DNA of 64,000 nt from an uncultured Alphaproteobacteria bacterium (GTDB lineage Bacteria > Pseudomonadota > Alphaproteobacteria > Sphingomonadales > Sphingomonadaceae): contig CAVYAH010000035.1 of the NCBI GenBank assembly GCA_963766415.1, forward strand, positions 8,773 to 72,772, given 5' to 3'. The notes beneath the pieces are model-generated. The model saw only the letters and a list, made by a program, of their open reading frames with translations, was not told the DNA's origin and did no database searches. Below are positions 43,652 through 53,019 of this stretch, one piece after another. Within the stretch, counting starts at the first letter, position 1, and each line of letters opens with the position of its first letter. The position numbers were made by a program, and so were the translations under genes.

Positions 43652-44315
43652 CTAGCAGGCCGCCTCGCACTGCTCGATCACCCAGGGTTCGTCCTGGGCC
43701 TTGTCGATCCATTCGGCGACATGCAGGATGCGACAGCACGCACTTCATATAGGCACCGGCGAAACTGCGGCACCTTGACGCCATGGGTGATGAAGCGAGT
43801 GACGACCGGTGCGTACATCATGTCGGCTGCGCACCAGTCGCCGAACAGGAAGTCGCCGGTCCCGCCGCAGCGGGCCCGGGCCTGCGCCCATAGCTGCAGG
43901 ACACGGTCGATCTCTTCGCGCACGGCTCGCTGAGCGTCTTGGGCGGGAAGCTCTTGCGGACGTTCATCGGCAACTCGCGCCGTAGATTCGCGAAGCCCGA
44001 GTGCATTTCGGCAGCCATCGAACGCGCCACGCCTCGGGCGCCTTCGTCCTCAGGCCAGTAGAGCTGCGTCCCGTAGCGGTCGGCGAGGAACTCGATGATC
44101 GCCAGGCTGTCCCACACGACGATGTCGCCGTCCCACAGGATCGGCACCTTGCCGAGCGATGGGCGCGAACTCGTCACCTTCGCGGCGCTTTTCCCACTCG
44201 GCATCGAACAGCGGAACGACAAATTCCTCGAACTCCTCGCCGCACTGCTTGCGGCGAGCCATCCGCGCATGGACCAGCTCGAATAAGCCCGATTACCGAT
44301 GATCAGCTTGAGCAA
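43652..44315 (-). CDS. Glutathione S-transferase family protein (frameshifted)
   Basis: [30 protein letters not shown] and ADMMYAPV. Confidence 0.88.
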
Positions 44316-44324
44316 GCCGCTCTC

Positions 44325-44974
44325 CTAGGACGTCGCCGCTTCGAGGATCGCGGTTCGTAACTCGGCGATGCCGCTACCGGTTTCGCTCGAGGTCGTGAAG
44401 ATGGACGGGATGAGCGGCGGGATGTTTCGCGGCCTCGATCATCGTCGCTTTCGTAGAGCGCGCCGAGCGCCGAGGGCTTCACCTTGTCGCCCTTGGTGAG
44501 GACGAGATGATAGCTGACCGCCGCGTCGTCGAGCATGCGCATCATCTCGCGGTCGACTTCCTTGAGGCCGTGGCGCGAATCGACCAGCACCAGGGCCCGC
44601 TTCAGTACGGCCCGTCCCCGCAGATAGTCGTTCACCAGGAAGCCGCCAGCGCTTGACGAGGTCCTTGGGCGCTTCGGCGAACCCGTATCCCGGCATGTCG
44701 ACGAGCCTGCATCCGCAGGGGTTCGCCGACGTCGAAGAAATTCAGCTCCTGCGTCCGGCCCGGCGTGTTGGACGTCCGCGCAAGCCCATTGCGGTTCGCC
44801 AGCGCGTTCAGGAGCGAGCTCTTGCCGACGTTCGGACCGGCCGGCGAACGCAATCTCCGGCACATCGGGTCAGGCAGGAACTTGAGCTCCGGCGCAGACT
44901 TCAGGAACTCGATCGGGCCCGGCGAAGAGCTTCCGCGCCCGTTCCGTCCGTTCCTGGTCCGCTTCATCGCTCAT
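44325..44974 (-). CDS. engB: Ribosome biogenesis GTPase YihA/EngB (frameshifted)
   Basis: [32 protein letters not shown] and TKGDK; ATG overlaps the yidC stop. Confidence 0.92.
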
Positions 44975-46680
44975 GTGTGCACCGGGTGAGTGTCGCGAAG
45001 GTGCAGCCCATATTTGCGGTACAGGAACCATTGCTGCGCGATCGTCAGCAAATTGTTGGTCATCCAGTAGAGCTGAAGGCCAGCCGCGAACGGCGCCATG
45101 ATGAACACCAGGAACCAGGGCATGATCGCGAAGACCTGTGCCTGCGCTGGATCCATCGGCTGGGGATTGAGCTTCATGGACAGCCACTGCGTCGCGCCGA
45201 CGAGGATCGGAAGCACGCCGATCGCAAGCATCGTCGGCGGGGTGAAGTGGAGCAGCCCGAAGAGGTTGACCGGCGTCAGCGGGTCGGGAGCGGAGAGGTC
45301 CTTGATCCACGGCGACGAAGGGCTGGTGGCGCATTTCGACGCTTACCAGCAGCACCTTGTAGAGCGCGTAAAAGACCGGGATCTGGAGGAGGATCGGAAG
45401 GCATCCCGCTGCAGGGTTCACCTTTTCCTCCTGGTAGAGCTTCAGGATCTCCTGCTGTTGCCGCTGCTTGTCCTCCTTGAAGCGCTCCTGGATGGCTTTC
45501 ATCTTCGGCTGGAGCTTGCGCATCGCAGCCATCGACTGGAACTGCTTGTGCGCGACCGGGAACATGATCGCCCGGACGATCAAGGTGAGGCCGATGATCG
45601 CGAGGCCGAAGTTTCCGAACGTTTTAAAGAGGAAGAGCAAGAGGTCGAAGATCGGGATCATGAACCAGTGGAACCAGCCCCAATCGATCGCGTAGCTGAA
45701 CTTCGGAATGCCGGCTTGCTCATATCGGTTCAGCAACGGCTTTGCCTTCGCGCCGGCGAAGAATCTGGCCTGTGACGTGAGGGATTGGCCTGGTGCGAGG
45801 GTAGCAGCCGCAAGCGAATAGTCGGCCTGGTAGCCGCCGTTCGCGACCCTTCTGGAATTCGCCCGTCATCGCGCCTTCAGGAGCAAGGGCAGTCAGCCAA
45901 TATTTGTCCGTGAAGCCCAGCCACCCCGGAACGTTGCTGAAAGTCTCGGTCTTGCCCTCGTCGAGATCCTTCCAATTCACGTCGTAATTGGGCTTGCCGT
46001 CGAAGACTCCGATCGGCCCAACCTGGTTGGTCCAGCTGTCAATATCCTGTGATTTCGTGGCTCGGCTGACGAGGCCCGTTGGGCGCACCATGATCGCTCG
46101 CCCGGAGCCGTTCGAGACGCTCTGCTCGACGGTGAAAAGGAAGTTCTCGTCGACCGCGAACCTCAGCTGGTAGCGAGTTCCCGTCGGGCATTTGCGTGCT
46201 CAAGGTTACCGGGTGACCTGGCGCGAGTTCCTGGCCGTCCGCAGTCCACATCGTCTCGAGCGTTGGTGCCTGGGCGCCGTTTGCGGTCCAGCCGAACTCG
46301 GCGATATATGCGCCACTCGCCCCGAGCGGCGACAACAGCCGCACCGGCGGCGAATTTGCAGCGATCGTCTGCTTCTCGTTGACAAGCAGAAGGTCGTCGA
46401 TCTGCGCCCCCTTGAGATTGATCGACCCCATGAGCGAGGGCGTACGGATTGCCACGCGAGGGGATGAAGCGAGCGCAGCGGAAACCGACTGCAGCGCCTT
46501 GGGACTGGCAGGAGCGCTCGGCTCCGATTGCGACTGCTGCACCGGCTGCTGCTGGCCGTTGACCACCTTGGTGCTCGGCGGATTGGCCGTCGGGAAATAT
46601 TTGTTCGCCGCCCACGTCCAGCCGAGCAGGACGAGCATGCTCAGCACCACCGCGAGGATCAGGTTCTTGTTGTCGCTCAA
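44971..46680 (-). CDS. yidC: Membrane protein insertase YidC (frameshifted)
   Basis: WLGFTDKYW, IDWGWF, GNFGLAII, NPAAGCLPIL and GLQLYW. Confidence 0.95.
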
Positions 46681-46690
46681 ATCTCAATCC

Positions 46691-46903
46691 TCAAGGTACG
46701 GGGTCATAGCCCTGGCCGCCCCAGGGGTGGCAGCGGCAGAATTCGCTTCAGCGCCATCCAGCCCCCACGAGCCGCCCCATAGCGCTCGATTGCGGTGATC
46801 GCATAGGCCGAGCAGCTCGGCTGGTAGCGGCAGCTCGGCGGCAGGATTTGCGACGGGCCCTTCTGCCAGGCCCTGGCGCCAGAATCATGAGCCGGTCGAT
46901 CAT
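46691..46903 (-). CDS. yidD: Membrane protein insertion efficiency factor YidD (frameshifted)
   Basis: SCRYQPSCSAYA...G..KRI..CHPWGGQGYDPVP; ATG overlaps the rnpA stop. Confidence 0.9.
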
Positions 46904-47367
46904 TGCCTGCGCAACCTATCGAGCGCACCCGCGAGCTCGGAACGAAGGAGGCAGAAGTCCCGCTCAATGCCCTTGCCCCGGCCGATTATCACGTGGTCGG
47001 CGCCAGGAAAGCCATTGGCCGGAACGATCTCGCGGGCAAGCGCGCGCAATCGCCGCTTCATGCGGTTCCGGACGACAGAGCCGCCGATCTTCTTGGTGAC
47101 GGTGAAACCGACGCGCATCGACGAGTCGAAATCCTTGCGGTCGCGGACGAGCAGGACGAAGCCGGGTGTAGTCGCGCGCATGCCGCCGTTCGCGGCAAGG
47201 AAATCCGCGCGCTTGCTTATTGTGACTAGGCGCTGAGCTTCTTGCGGCCGCGCGCCCGCCGGGAGTTCAGCACCTTGCGACCGCCCACCGTCGCCATGCG
47301 GGCGCGGAACCCGTGACGCCGCTTGCGGACGAGATTGCTCGGCTGGAAGGTGCGCTTCATCGCTCAT
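46900..47367 (-). CDS. rnpA: Ribonuclease P protein component; start uncertain, with the only canonical start that includes the N-terminal motif being the ATG at 47367 upstream of rpmH
   Basis: KRADFL and [24 protein letters not shown] (RNR motif); located between rpmH and yidD. Confidence 0.9.
   Translation of the reverse strand: MSDEAHLPAEQSRPQAASRVPRPHGDGGRSQGAELPAGARPQEAQRLVTISKRADFLAANGGMRATTPGFVLLVRDRKDFDSSMRVGFTVTKKIGGSVVRNRMKRRLRALAREIVPANGFPGADHVIIGRGKGIERDFCLLRSELAGALDRLRRQ
47226..47360 (-). CDS. rpmH: 50S ribosomal protein L34
   Basis: Manual translation [44 protein letters not shown], 44 aa (below the ORF-track cutoff). Confidence 0.97.
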   Translation of the reverse strand: MKRTFQPSNLVRKRRHGFRARMATVGGRKVLNSRRARGRKKLSA

Positions 47368-47422
47368 GCCTCTAAATTCGAAAGAAAAAGGGCCGCCCAA
47401 GAGGCAGCCGCTGTCGTGCGCG

Positions 47423-47451
47423 CCGATAGTAGAGCCGAGCGGACAAGTCAA
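47423..47451 (-). promoter_or_regulatory. Putative sigma70 promoter of the rpmH operon
   Basis: TTGACT (47451-47446), N16, then CTATCG. Confidence 0.5.
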
Positions 47452-47759
47452 TTCCCGGAGCCGCTCCCGGCGGCCTTTCGGAGCTCATCTCGACGCTTTG
47501 CGCTACGACGACGCAGCGCAAGATCGGTCCATCGCCCAGCCTTCGGCTGCCAGCGCTTGAACCTCACATAACGCCGCTTGGCCCACATGCTGGCCTTTAG
47601 GACAAGCGCGAGCCCAATCCCGGCGACGATGATGCCGCCAGGCCCGGGGATCGCCCCGACCAGCGGTGAGACGATGAGAAGCGCAACGCCCAGGGCGAGC
47701 AAAGACCATTCGATGATCGGCTTGTTGATGAACCGCTGCCATTGCCGCCTGGTGAGCAT
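47448..47759 (-). CDS. PGPGW-like small membrane protein
   Basis: Two TM helices around IPGPGG, with a basic tail. Confidence 0.72.
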   Translation of the reverse strand: MLTRRQWQRFINKPIIEWSLLALGVALLIVSPLVGAIPGPGGIIVAGIGLALVLKASMWAKRRYVRFKRWQPKAGRWTDLALRRRSAKRRDELRKAAGSGSGN

Positions 47760-47770
47760 GCGTATTGATG

Positions 47771-47810
47771 TGGTGATACACCCTCGCCGCCGCAAGCGCT
47801 GGCGGGGACC
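47771..47810 (-). pseudogene. Possible degenerate tRNA-Arg relic (acceptor-stem ends only)
   Basis: Minus strand GGTCCCCG...GGGTGTATCACCA has tRNA-like 5' and CCA 3' ends but no D, anticodon or T arms. Confidence 0.3.
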
Positions 47811-47888
47811 AGCGTCCTTCTATCGGGGCTGTTCCTCGAGAGACGGCCCGAGGTCGCGAGGCGCGGCAGCCTCGGCGGAGCGAAAAAA

Positions 47889-48170
47889 TCAACGAAAATT
47901 GTCGGCGTAGGCCTGGATCTTGAGCCGCACTGGCGCGGCAGGGATGACATGATAGTCGAGGCCGTGCTTCTGGCAGTAAGCGATCGCCGCGTCCTTGGAA
48001 GCGAAGGCGATGCGCACCTGCGTGTTGGTATCGCCCGATCCGTTCCAGCCCGTCAGCGGGTCCGGGCGGTGCGCCTGCTGGCGTTCGAATTCAAGCGTCC
48101 ACTTGCCGGAATTCGCCTTTCCGGACTGCGTGGTCTTGCGTTCCTGCTCGATGATGCGGGCAATGGTCAT
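47889..48170 (-). CDS. ETC complex I subunit (NDUFS4-like)
   Basis: TQSGKA...W.LEF, DPLTGWNGSGDT..QV and YADNF. Confidence 0.9.
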   Translation of the reverse strand: MTIARIIEQERKTTQSGKANSGKWTLEFERQQAHRPDPLTGWNGSGDTNTQVRIAFASKDAAIAYCQKHGLDYHVIPAAPVRLKIQAYADNFR

Positions 48171-48282
48171 CCGTGAGGAGGTGGCAAAGAGCGGGCCGCA
48201 AATCAAGCGCATGGAAGCTAATGTTCGCTGTTGCCGAATTGTGGTAAGCCGCGCGTCCTTCCTGGCTTTGAAGGAGGGATCC

Positions 48283-48900
48283 ATGACATCGAGAATCTTC
48301 CGACCGCTGCTTATCGGCGCGGCAATGCTTGCGCTGATCGGCTGCAACAAGGCGGCCAATACCAGCGAGAAGAGCGAGGCTTCGGACAATGTCGCGGCTG
48401 CCGCGAATAATAGCGGCGCGGCCAATAGCGATCCGGTGCAAAGCGCCGAGTCCGCCGCGCCTGCCTCGATCGCGCATGCGGCATCGATCATGACCATGGA
48501 CGCCAGCGGCAATGCGACGACTGTCAGGAAGGGAACAAACGGCTGGACCTGCATTCCGGACAGCCCTGCAACCCCCGGCCCGGATCCGATGTGCGCAGAC
48601 GCCAACGCGATGAAATGGGCGGACGCATGGATCCATCACAAGCCGCCGCCCGAAGGCAGCGTGGGCGTGATGTACATGCTCGAAGGCGGGACGGATGCCA
48701 GCAACACCGATCCTTATGCGACCAAGCCGACCGCGCAGAATGACTGGATCAAGACCGGACCGCATGTGATGGTCGTGGGCTCGAAGGAGGTCCTCGCCGG
48801 CTATCCGTCCGGCGCCAAGCCTGACACGTCAGCACCTTATGTGATGTGGGCCGGTACGCCCTACGCGCATCTGATGGTCCCGATCGGCAAGGCTTCCTAG
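48283..48900 (+). CDS. Hypothetical lipoprotein
   Basis: AAGGAGG RBS, lipobox ALIGC, low-complexity linker, then a GTNGWTC..DPMC..GPHVM..YAHLM domain. Confidence 0.8.
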   Translation: MTSRIFRPLLIGAAMLALIGCNKAANTSEKSEASDNVAAAANNSGAANSDPVQSAESAAPASIAHAASIMTMDASGNATTVRKGTNGWTCIPDSPATPGPDPMCADANAMKWADAWIHHKPPPEGSVGVMYMLEGGTDASNTDPYATKPTAQNDWIKTGPHVMVVGSKEVLAGYPSGAKPDTSAPYVMWAGTPYAHLMVPIGKAS

Positions 48901-51352
48901 GAAGCGCGCTTGGTTTTGAGGGTCGGCACAGCCGACGCAGGATCGTTAGGCCACGGGTGCTTGGGATAGCGGCCGCGCATGTCCTTCGCGACATCGCGCC
49001 AGGTTCCCGCCCAGAACCCCGGGAGATCCTTCGTGGTCTGGATCGGCCTTCCTGCGGGCGATGTAATGGCGAGGGTGAGCGGCACGGCGCCGTTCGCGAC
49101 TGTCGGGTGGCGGGACAAGCCGAACAGCGCCTGGGCGCGGACTTCGACCGTCGGACCGCCGTCGGCCAAATAGTCGATGCCATGGCTGCTGCCGGCAGGG
49201 CTCGTGAAGAGAGCTGGAGCGAGGCGATCGAGCTTGCGAGAGGCGTCATAGCCGAGCAGCTGCTGCAGGGCAGAGCCAATTGCGGCCGCCGGAACATCGC
49301 CGAGGCGGCGCTTCTTGAGGAGGAGCGGCGCGAGCCATTCGTCGAGCCGATCGATCAACATCGGATCGTCGAGTGCAGCAATCTCGGGATCGAATAGATG
49401 TGCGAACGCTGCGCGGTGCCGCAGCTGCAAGCTGCGTTCGTCCCATGGAATGAGGGCCAGGCCATGTTCGCGAACGCCCTCCAGCAGCGCCTCTTCGATC
49501 GCAGCCTGGTCTGGCGCCGGGTCCGGACCGCTTGAGAGTTTGATCGAGCCCAGTCGCCGGCTGCGCGTCGGAGTTACTGCCCCGGTAGTCGGATCGAAGT
49601 CCCCGTCGTGCCGTATCTCGATGCGATCCGCGAATAGCTCGATGACGTCGCGCTCGCCGATCGGTGCCGCCGACAGGATGCGTGCACCAGAAGCATGGCC
49701 CGCGACTTCACCGACTGCGAGCCATTCGCTCCCGGCGAGCGATGAAGCGGGATCTAGCCGGAAGCCGCGCCCGCCGATTGATTGCCAATTCTCGCCGGAG
49801 GAGTCGCGGCGGCGGGAGACGCGGTCGGGAAAGGCCAGGGCAAGCGCCTGGCCAAGCTGCTCGTCCCTTGCCGATTGGTCGCGGATGCCGAGTCGCCGCC
49901 GCCAATTTTCGGCCATTCCTCGTGCGGCTTGTGCTCGCGCCGAGCGATCCATCCGCCAACGCCTCATGCGCACCTCAAGGTCGGGATCGCTGCCGCCAAG
50001 ACCGCGCTCGGTCAGCAGCACCGCGACATCGGCCGCAGCAGCCGCAAAGCCGCGACCTTTCGCATCGATCAGCATGTGCGCGAGCCGGGGTTCGAGCGGC
50101 AGCGCCGCGATGGCACGGCCGTGGTCCGTCACTCGTCCTTCAGGATCGATTGCGCCGAGGGTAAGGAGCCTCTTTCGCGCTTCGTCGATTGCCGCAGCGG
50201 GCGGGGGATCGAGGAAGGGCAACCGCGTCGGCTCGGGTTCGCCCCACAACAATGAACTCAGTAACAGGCTCGACAGATCGGCTTCCAGGATTTCGGGCGG
50301 ATCGTGGGCCAGGAGTGAGGCCGTCGCCGCTTCTTCCCACAGGCGGATTGCGACACCCGGCGCCTGGCGCGCGGCGCGCCCGGCGCGCTGGGTGGCGGCG
50401 GCCCGGCTCGCACGCTCGGTGACGAGGCGGGTCAGCCCTGCGCCGCGGTCGTATCGCGGACGCCGCGCCAGTCCGCTGTCGACCACGATGCGAACGTCCT
50501 CGAGCGTGACGCTGGTCTCGGCGATGCTTGTCGCAAGGACGAGCTTGCGTTTCCCGGCAGAAGGTGCGGCCAAAGCGGCACGCTGTGCGGCGGGCTCGAT
50601 CCCGCCATGCAATTTGTGAAGCTCGACGCCGGCTGGAAGCGAGGCCAACGCTTGGGTGGTGCGCTCGATTTCCGCCACACCTGGGAGGAATGCCAGCAGC
50701 GATCCCGCATGCGCGGCGAGCGCCGCGCGGATTGCGGAAGCCATTTGGGGCTCAATCCGCGCCGCCGAGTTCGCGGCCGATGTAGCGAACGTCGAGCGGG
50801 AAGCTCTTCCCTTCGCTGACGATCGTCGGGGGGTCGGCGAGGAGGCTCTTGAAGCGGTCCACGTCGAGAGTTGCCGACATGGCGACCAGCCTGAGGTCGG
50901 GCCGCAGCGCTTCGGCGGCGTCGAGCGCGAGCGCCAAGGCCAGATCATTGTCGAGGCTGCGCTCGTGTACCTCGTCGAACAGCACCGCAGAAACGCCTGC
51001 CAGCTCGGGGTCCGCTTCGATCCGGGCAAGGAACACGCCGTGGGTCATGACAATTACTCGCGTCCCCTTGCCGACCTTGCTGTCGAGGCGGGTCGCATAT
51101 CCAATCGTCTCGCCCGGTTTCTGGCCGACCGCCGAAGCCATGAACTCCGCTGCCGCGCGCGCTGCGAGCCGCCGCGGCACCAGCAGCAGGACCTGGCCGC
51201 CACACCACGGCTCCGCCACTAACGCCGGCGCGACCTTCGTGGTCTTGCCAGCTCCTGGCGGCGCAATCAGCAGCGCCCGGCTCCCTGCGCGCAAGGCCGC
51301 GAGCAGGCCGGCAAGTACGTCGTCGATCGGGAGTCTTAGCCGGCTCGGTCAT
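48897..51352 (-). CDS. hrpB: ATP-dependent helicase HrpB (frameshifted)
   Basis: APPGAGKTT, DEVHER, MSAT, ATSIAETS, QRAGRA and C-terminal RGRYPKHPWP. Confidence 0.94.
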
Positions 51353-51402
51353 TGCGGCTGCATGGCAGATGTGAGACCTCTATGACCATTGCCGGGGGGT
51401 TG

Positions 51403-51972
51403 ATGAGCGACGCATTCGCCTATCTTTCTGTCCTGCTTTCGATCGTCCTGGGCCTCGCCATCGCCGAGATCCTGCAGGGCTATGGAGTTCTCCTGCGATC
51501 GCGCTCGAGTGTGAAGCTCTATGCGCCGCCGCTGATCTGGTCGGTGATGATCCTCATCCTCGCGACCCATTTCTGGTGGGCAAGCTTCGGCCTCGCAGGG
51601 AGGCAGAATTGGAGCTTCGCTGCGTTTAGCGCGGTCTTGCTGCAGACCATCATGCTGTTCATGGGTGCCGCGCTCGTACTTCCACACGGCGGTCCAAGTG
51701 CGATCGATCTTCGCGCGCATTATTACAAAGAACGCGCGCCTTTCTTCGCGTTCGGCCTGTTGTTCCTGCTCGTGGGCTTCTTGAAACTATGGCTGCTCAG
51801 CGACCCGTTCCATGGGGTCACGCTCGGATTTTTCGCATTCTTCACGGCGATGGCGCTGCTCGGGCTCATATTCAAAAGGCCAAGGGTACATGAGATGCTC
51901 GCGCCGGCGATGGCGGTCGGGGTCGTGATTTTCATCACGATCATGTTCGCACGCCTGCAGTCGGCTCAGTAA
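51403..51972 (+). CDS. Hypothetical multi-pass membrane protein
   Basis: About 6 hydrophobic helices; YLSVLLSIVLGLAI, HFWW and DLRAHYY. Confidence 0.75.
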   Translation: MSDAFAYLSVLLSIVLGLAIAEILQGYGVLLRSRSSVKLYAPPLIWSVMILILATHFWWASFGLAGRQNWSFAAFSAVLLQTIMLFMGAALVLPHGGPSAIDLRAHYYKERAPFFAFGLLFLLVGFLKLWLLSDPFHGVTLGFFAFFTAMALLGLIFKRPRVHEMLAPAMAVGVVIFITIMFARLQSAQ

Positions 51973-52979
51973 GCGCGCGCGACCGCGAATTCGGCGGCTT
52001 CGGTGAGTGCAGATTTCGCTTTGCTCACCGGGAACATGGCGAGTGCGTCGACGGCGCGACGTCCATATTGGCGTGCCCGTTCGATCGTGTCGGCGAGCGC
52101 ATCTGTCGACTTCAGAAGCGCGATCGCATGCACAAGGTCCTCGTCCGACACACGTTCCCCGCCAATCGCCTTGCGCCAGAATTCGCGGTCCTTTTGCGTG
52201 CCCCTTGCGTAGGCCAGGATCACGGGCAGCGTCATCTTGCCGTCGCGAAAATCGTCACCGACGCCCTTGCCCATGGTCGCCGCGTCAGATGCATAGTCGA
52301 TGACGTCGTCGGTCAGCTGGAAGGCGATGCCGAGATTCCTGCCGTAGCATTCGAGCGCGCGCTCCGCGTCTTCGCTCGCCTCGGCGACGACGGGGGAAAC
52401 CCGGCACGCAGCGGCGAACAGCGCGGCAGTCTTGGCGCTGATGATCTCGAGATAATGGTCTTCATCCGTGTCGAGCTGCCGCTGCGCGGTGAGCTGTTCG
52501 ACTTCGCCCTCGGCGATCACCGCCGAAGCGTGACTGAGGATCCGAAGAACCTTGAGGCTGCCGTCCTCGACCATGAGCTCGAAGGCGCGGCTGAAGAGGA
52601 AATCGCCAACGAGCACGCTCGCTGGGTTGCCCCAGATGAGGTTCGCGGTGCGCTTGCCGCGGCGCATGCCGGACCCGTCGACAACGTCGTCGTGGAGGAG
52701 GGTCGCGGTGTGGATGAACTCAACCGCGGCAGCGAGCTTGTGGTGGCGCGTGCCGGGATAGCCGAGCAGGGCGCCGCTGGCGATGGTCAGCATCGGCCGC
52801 ATGCGCTTGCCGCCGCCCGCGATAAGGTGCCCGGCAAGCTCCGGTATCAGCGCGACCTTGCTTTGCATCCGCTCGAGGATCACGGCATTGACGCCGTTCA
52901 TATCGCTGGCGACGAGCGCGATCAGCGGGTCGAGCGAAGGCTCGCGCACGCCAACAAGATTATGGATGGTTGCGGCCAC
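51966..52979 (-). CDS. ispB: Polyprenyl diphosphate synthase (IspB/DdsA)
   Basis: GGKRMRP, LLHDDVVD (FARM), KTA and FQLTDDVID (SARM). Confidence 0.92.
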   Translation of the reverse strand: MAATIHNLVGVREPSLDPLIALVASDMNGVNAVILERMQSKVALIPELAGHLIAGGGKRMRPMLTIASGALLGYPGTRHHKLAAAVEFIHTATLLHDDVVDGSGMRRGKRTANLIWGNPASVLVGDFLFSRAFELMVEDGSLKVLRILSHASAVIAEGEVEQLTAQRQLDTDEDHYLEIISAKTAALFAAACRVSPVVAEASEDAERALECYGRNLGIAFQLTDDVIDYASDAATMGKGVGDDFRDGKMTLPVILAYARGTQKDREFWRKAIGGERVSDEDLVHAIALLKSTDALADTIERARQYGRRAVDALAMFPVSKAKSALTEAAEFAVARAY

Positions 52980-53019
52980 GGCGCCGCCCTAGCGGCCCGG
53001 CGCCGTTTTTCCTAGCCGC

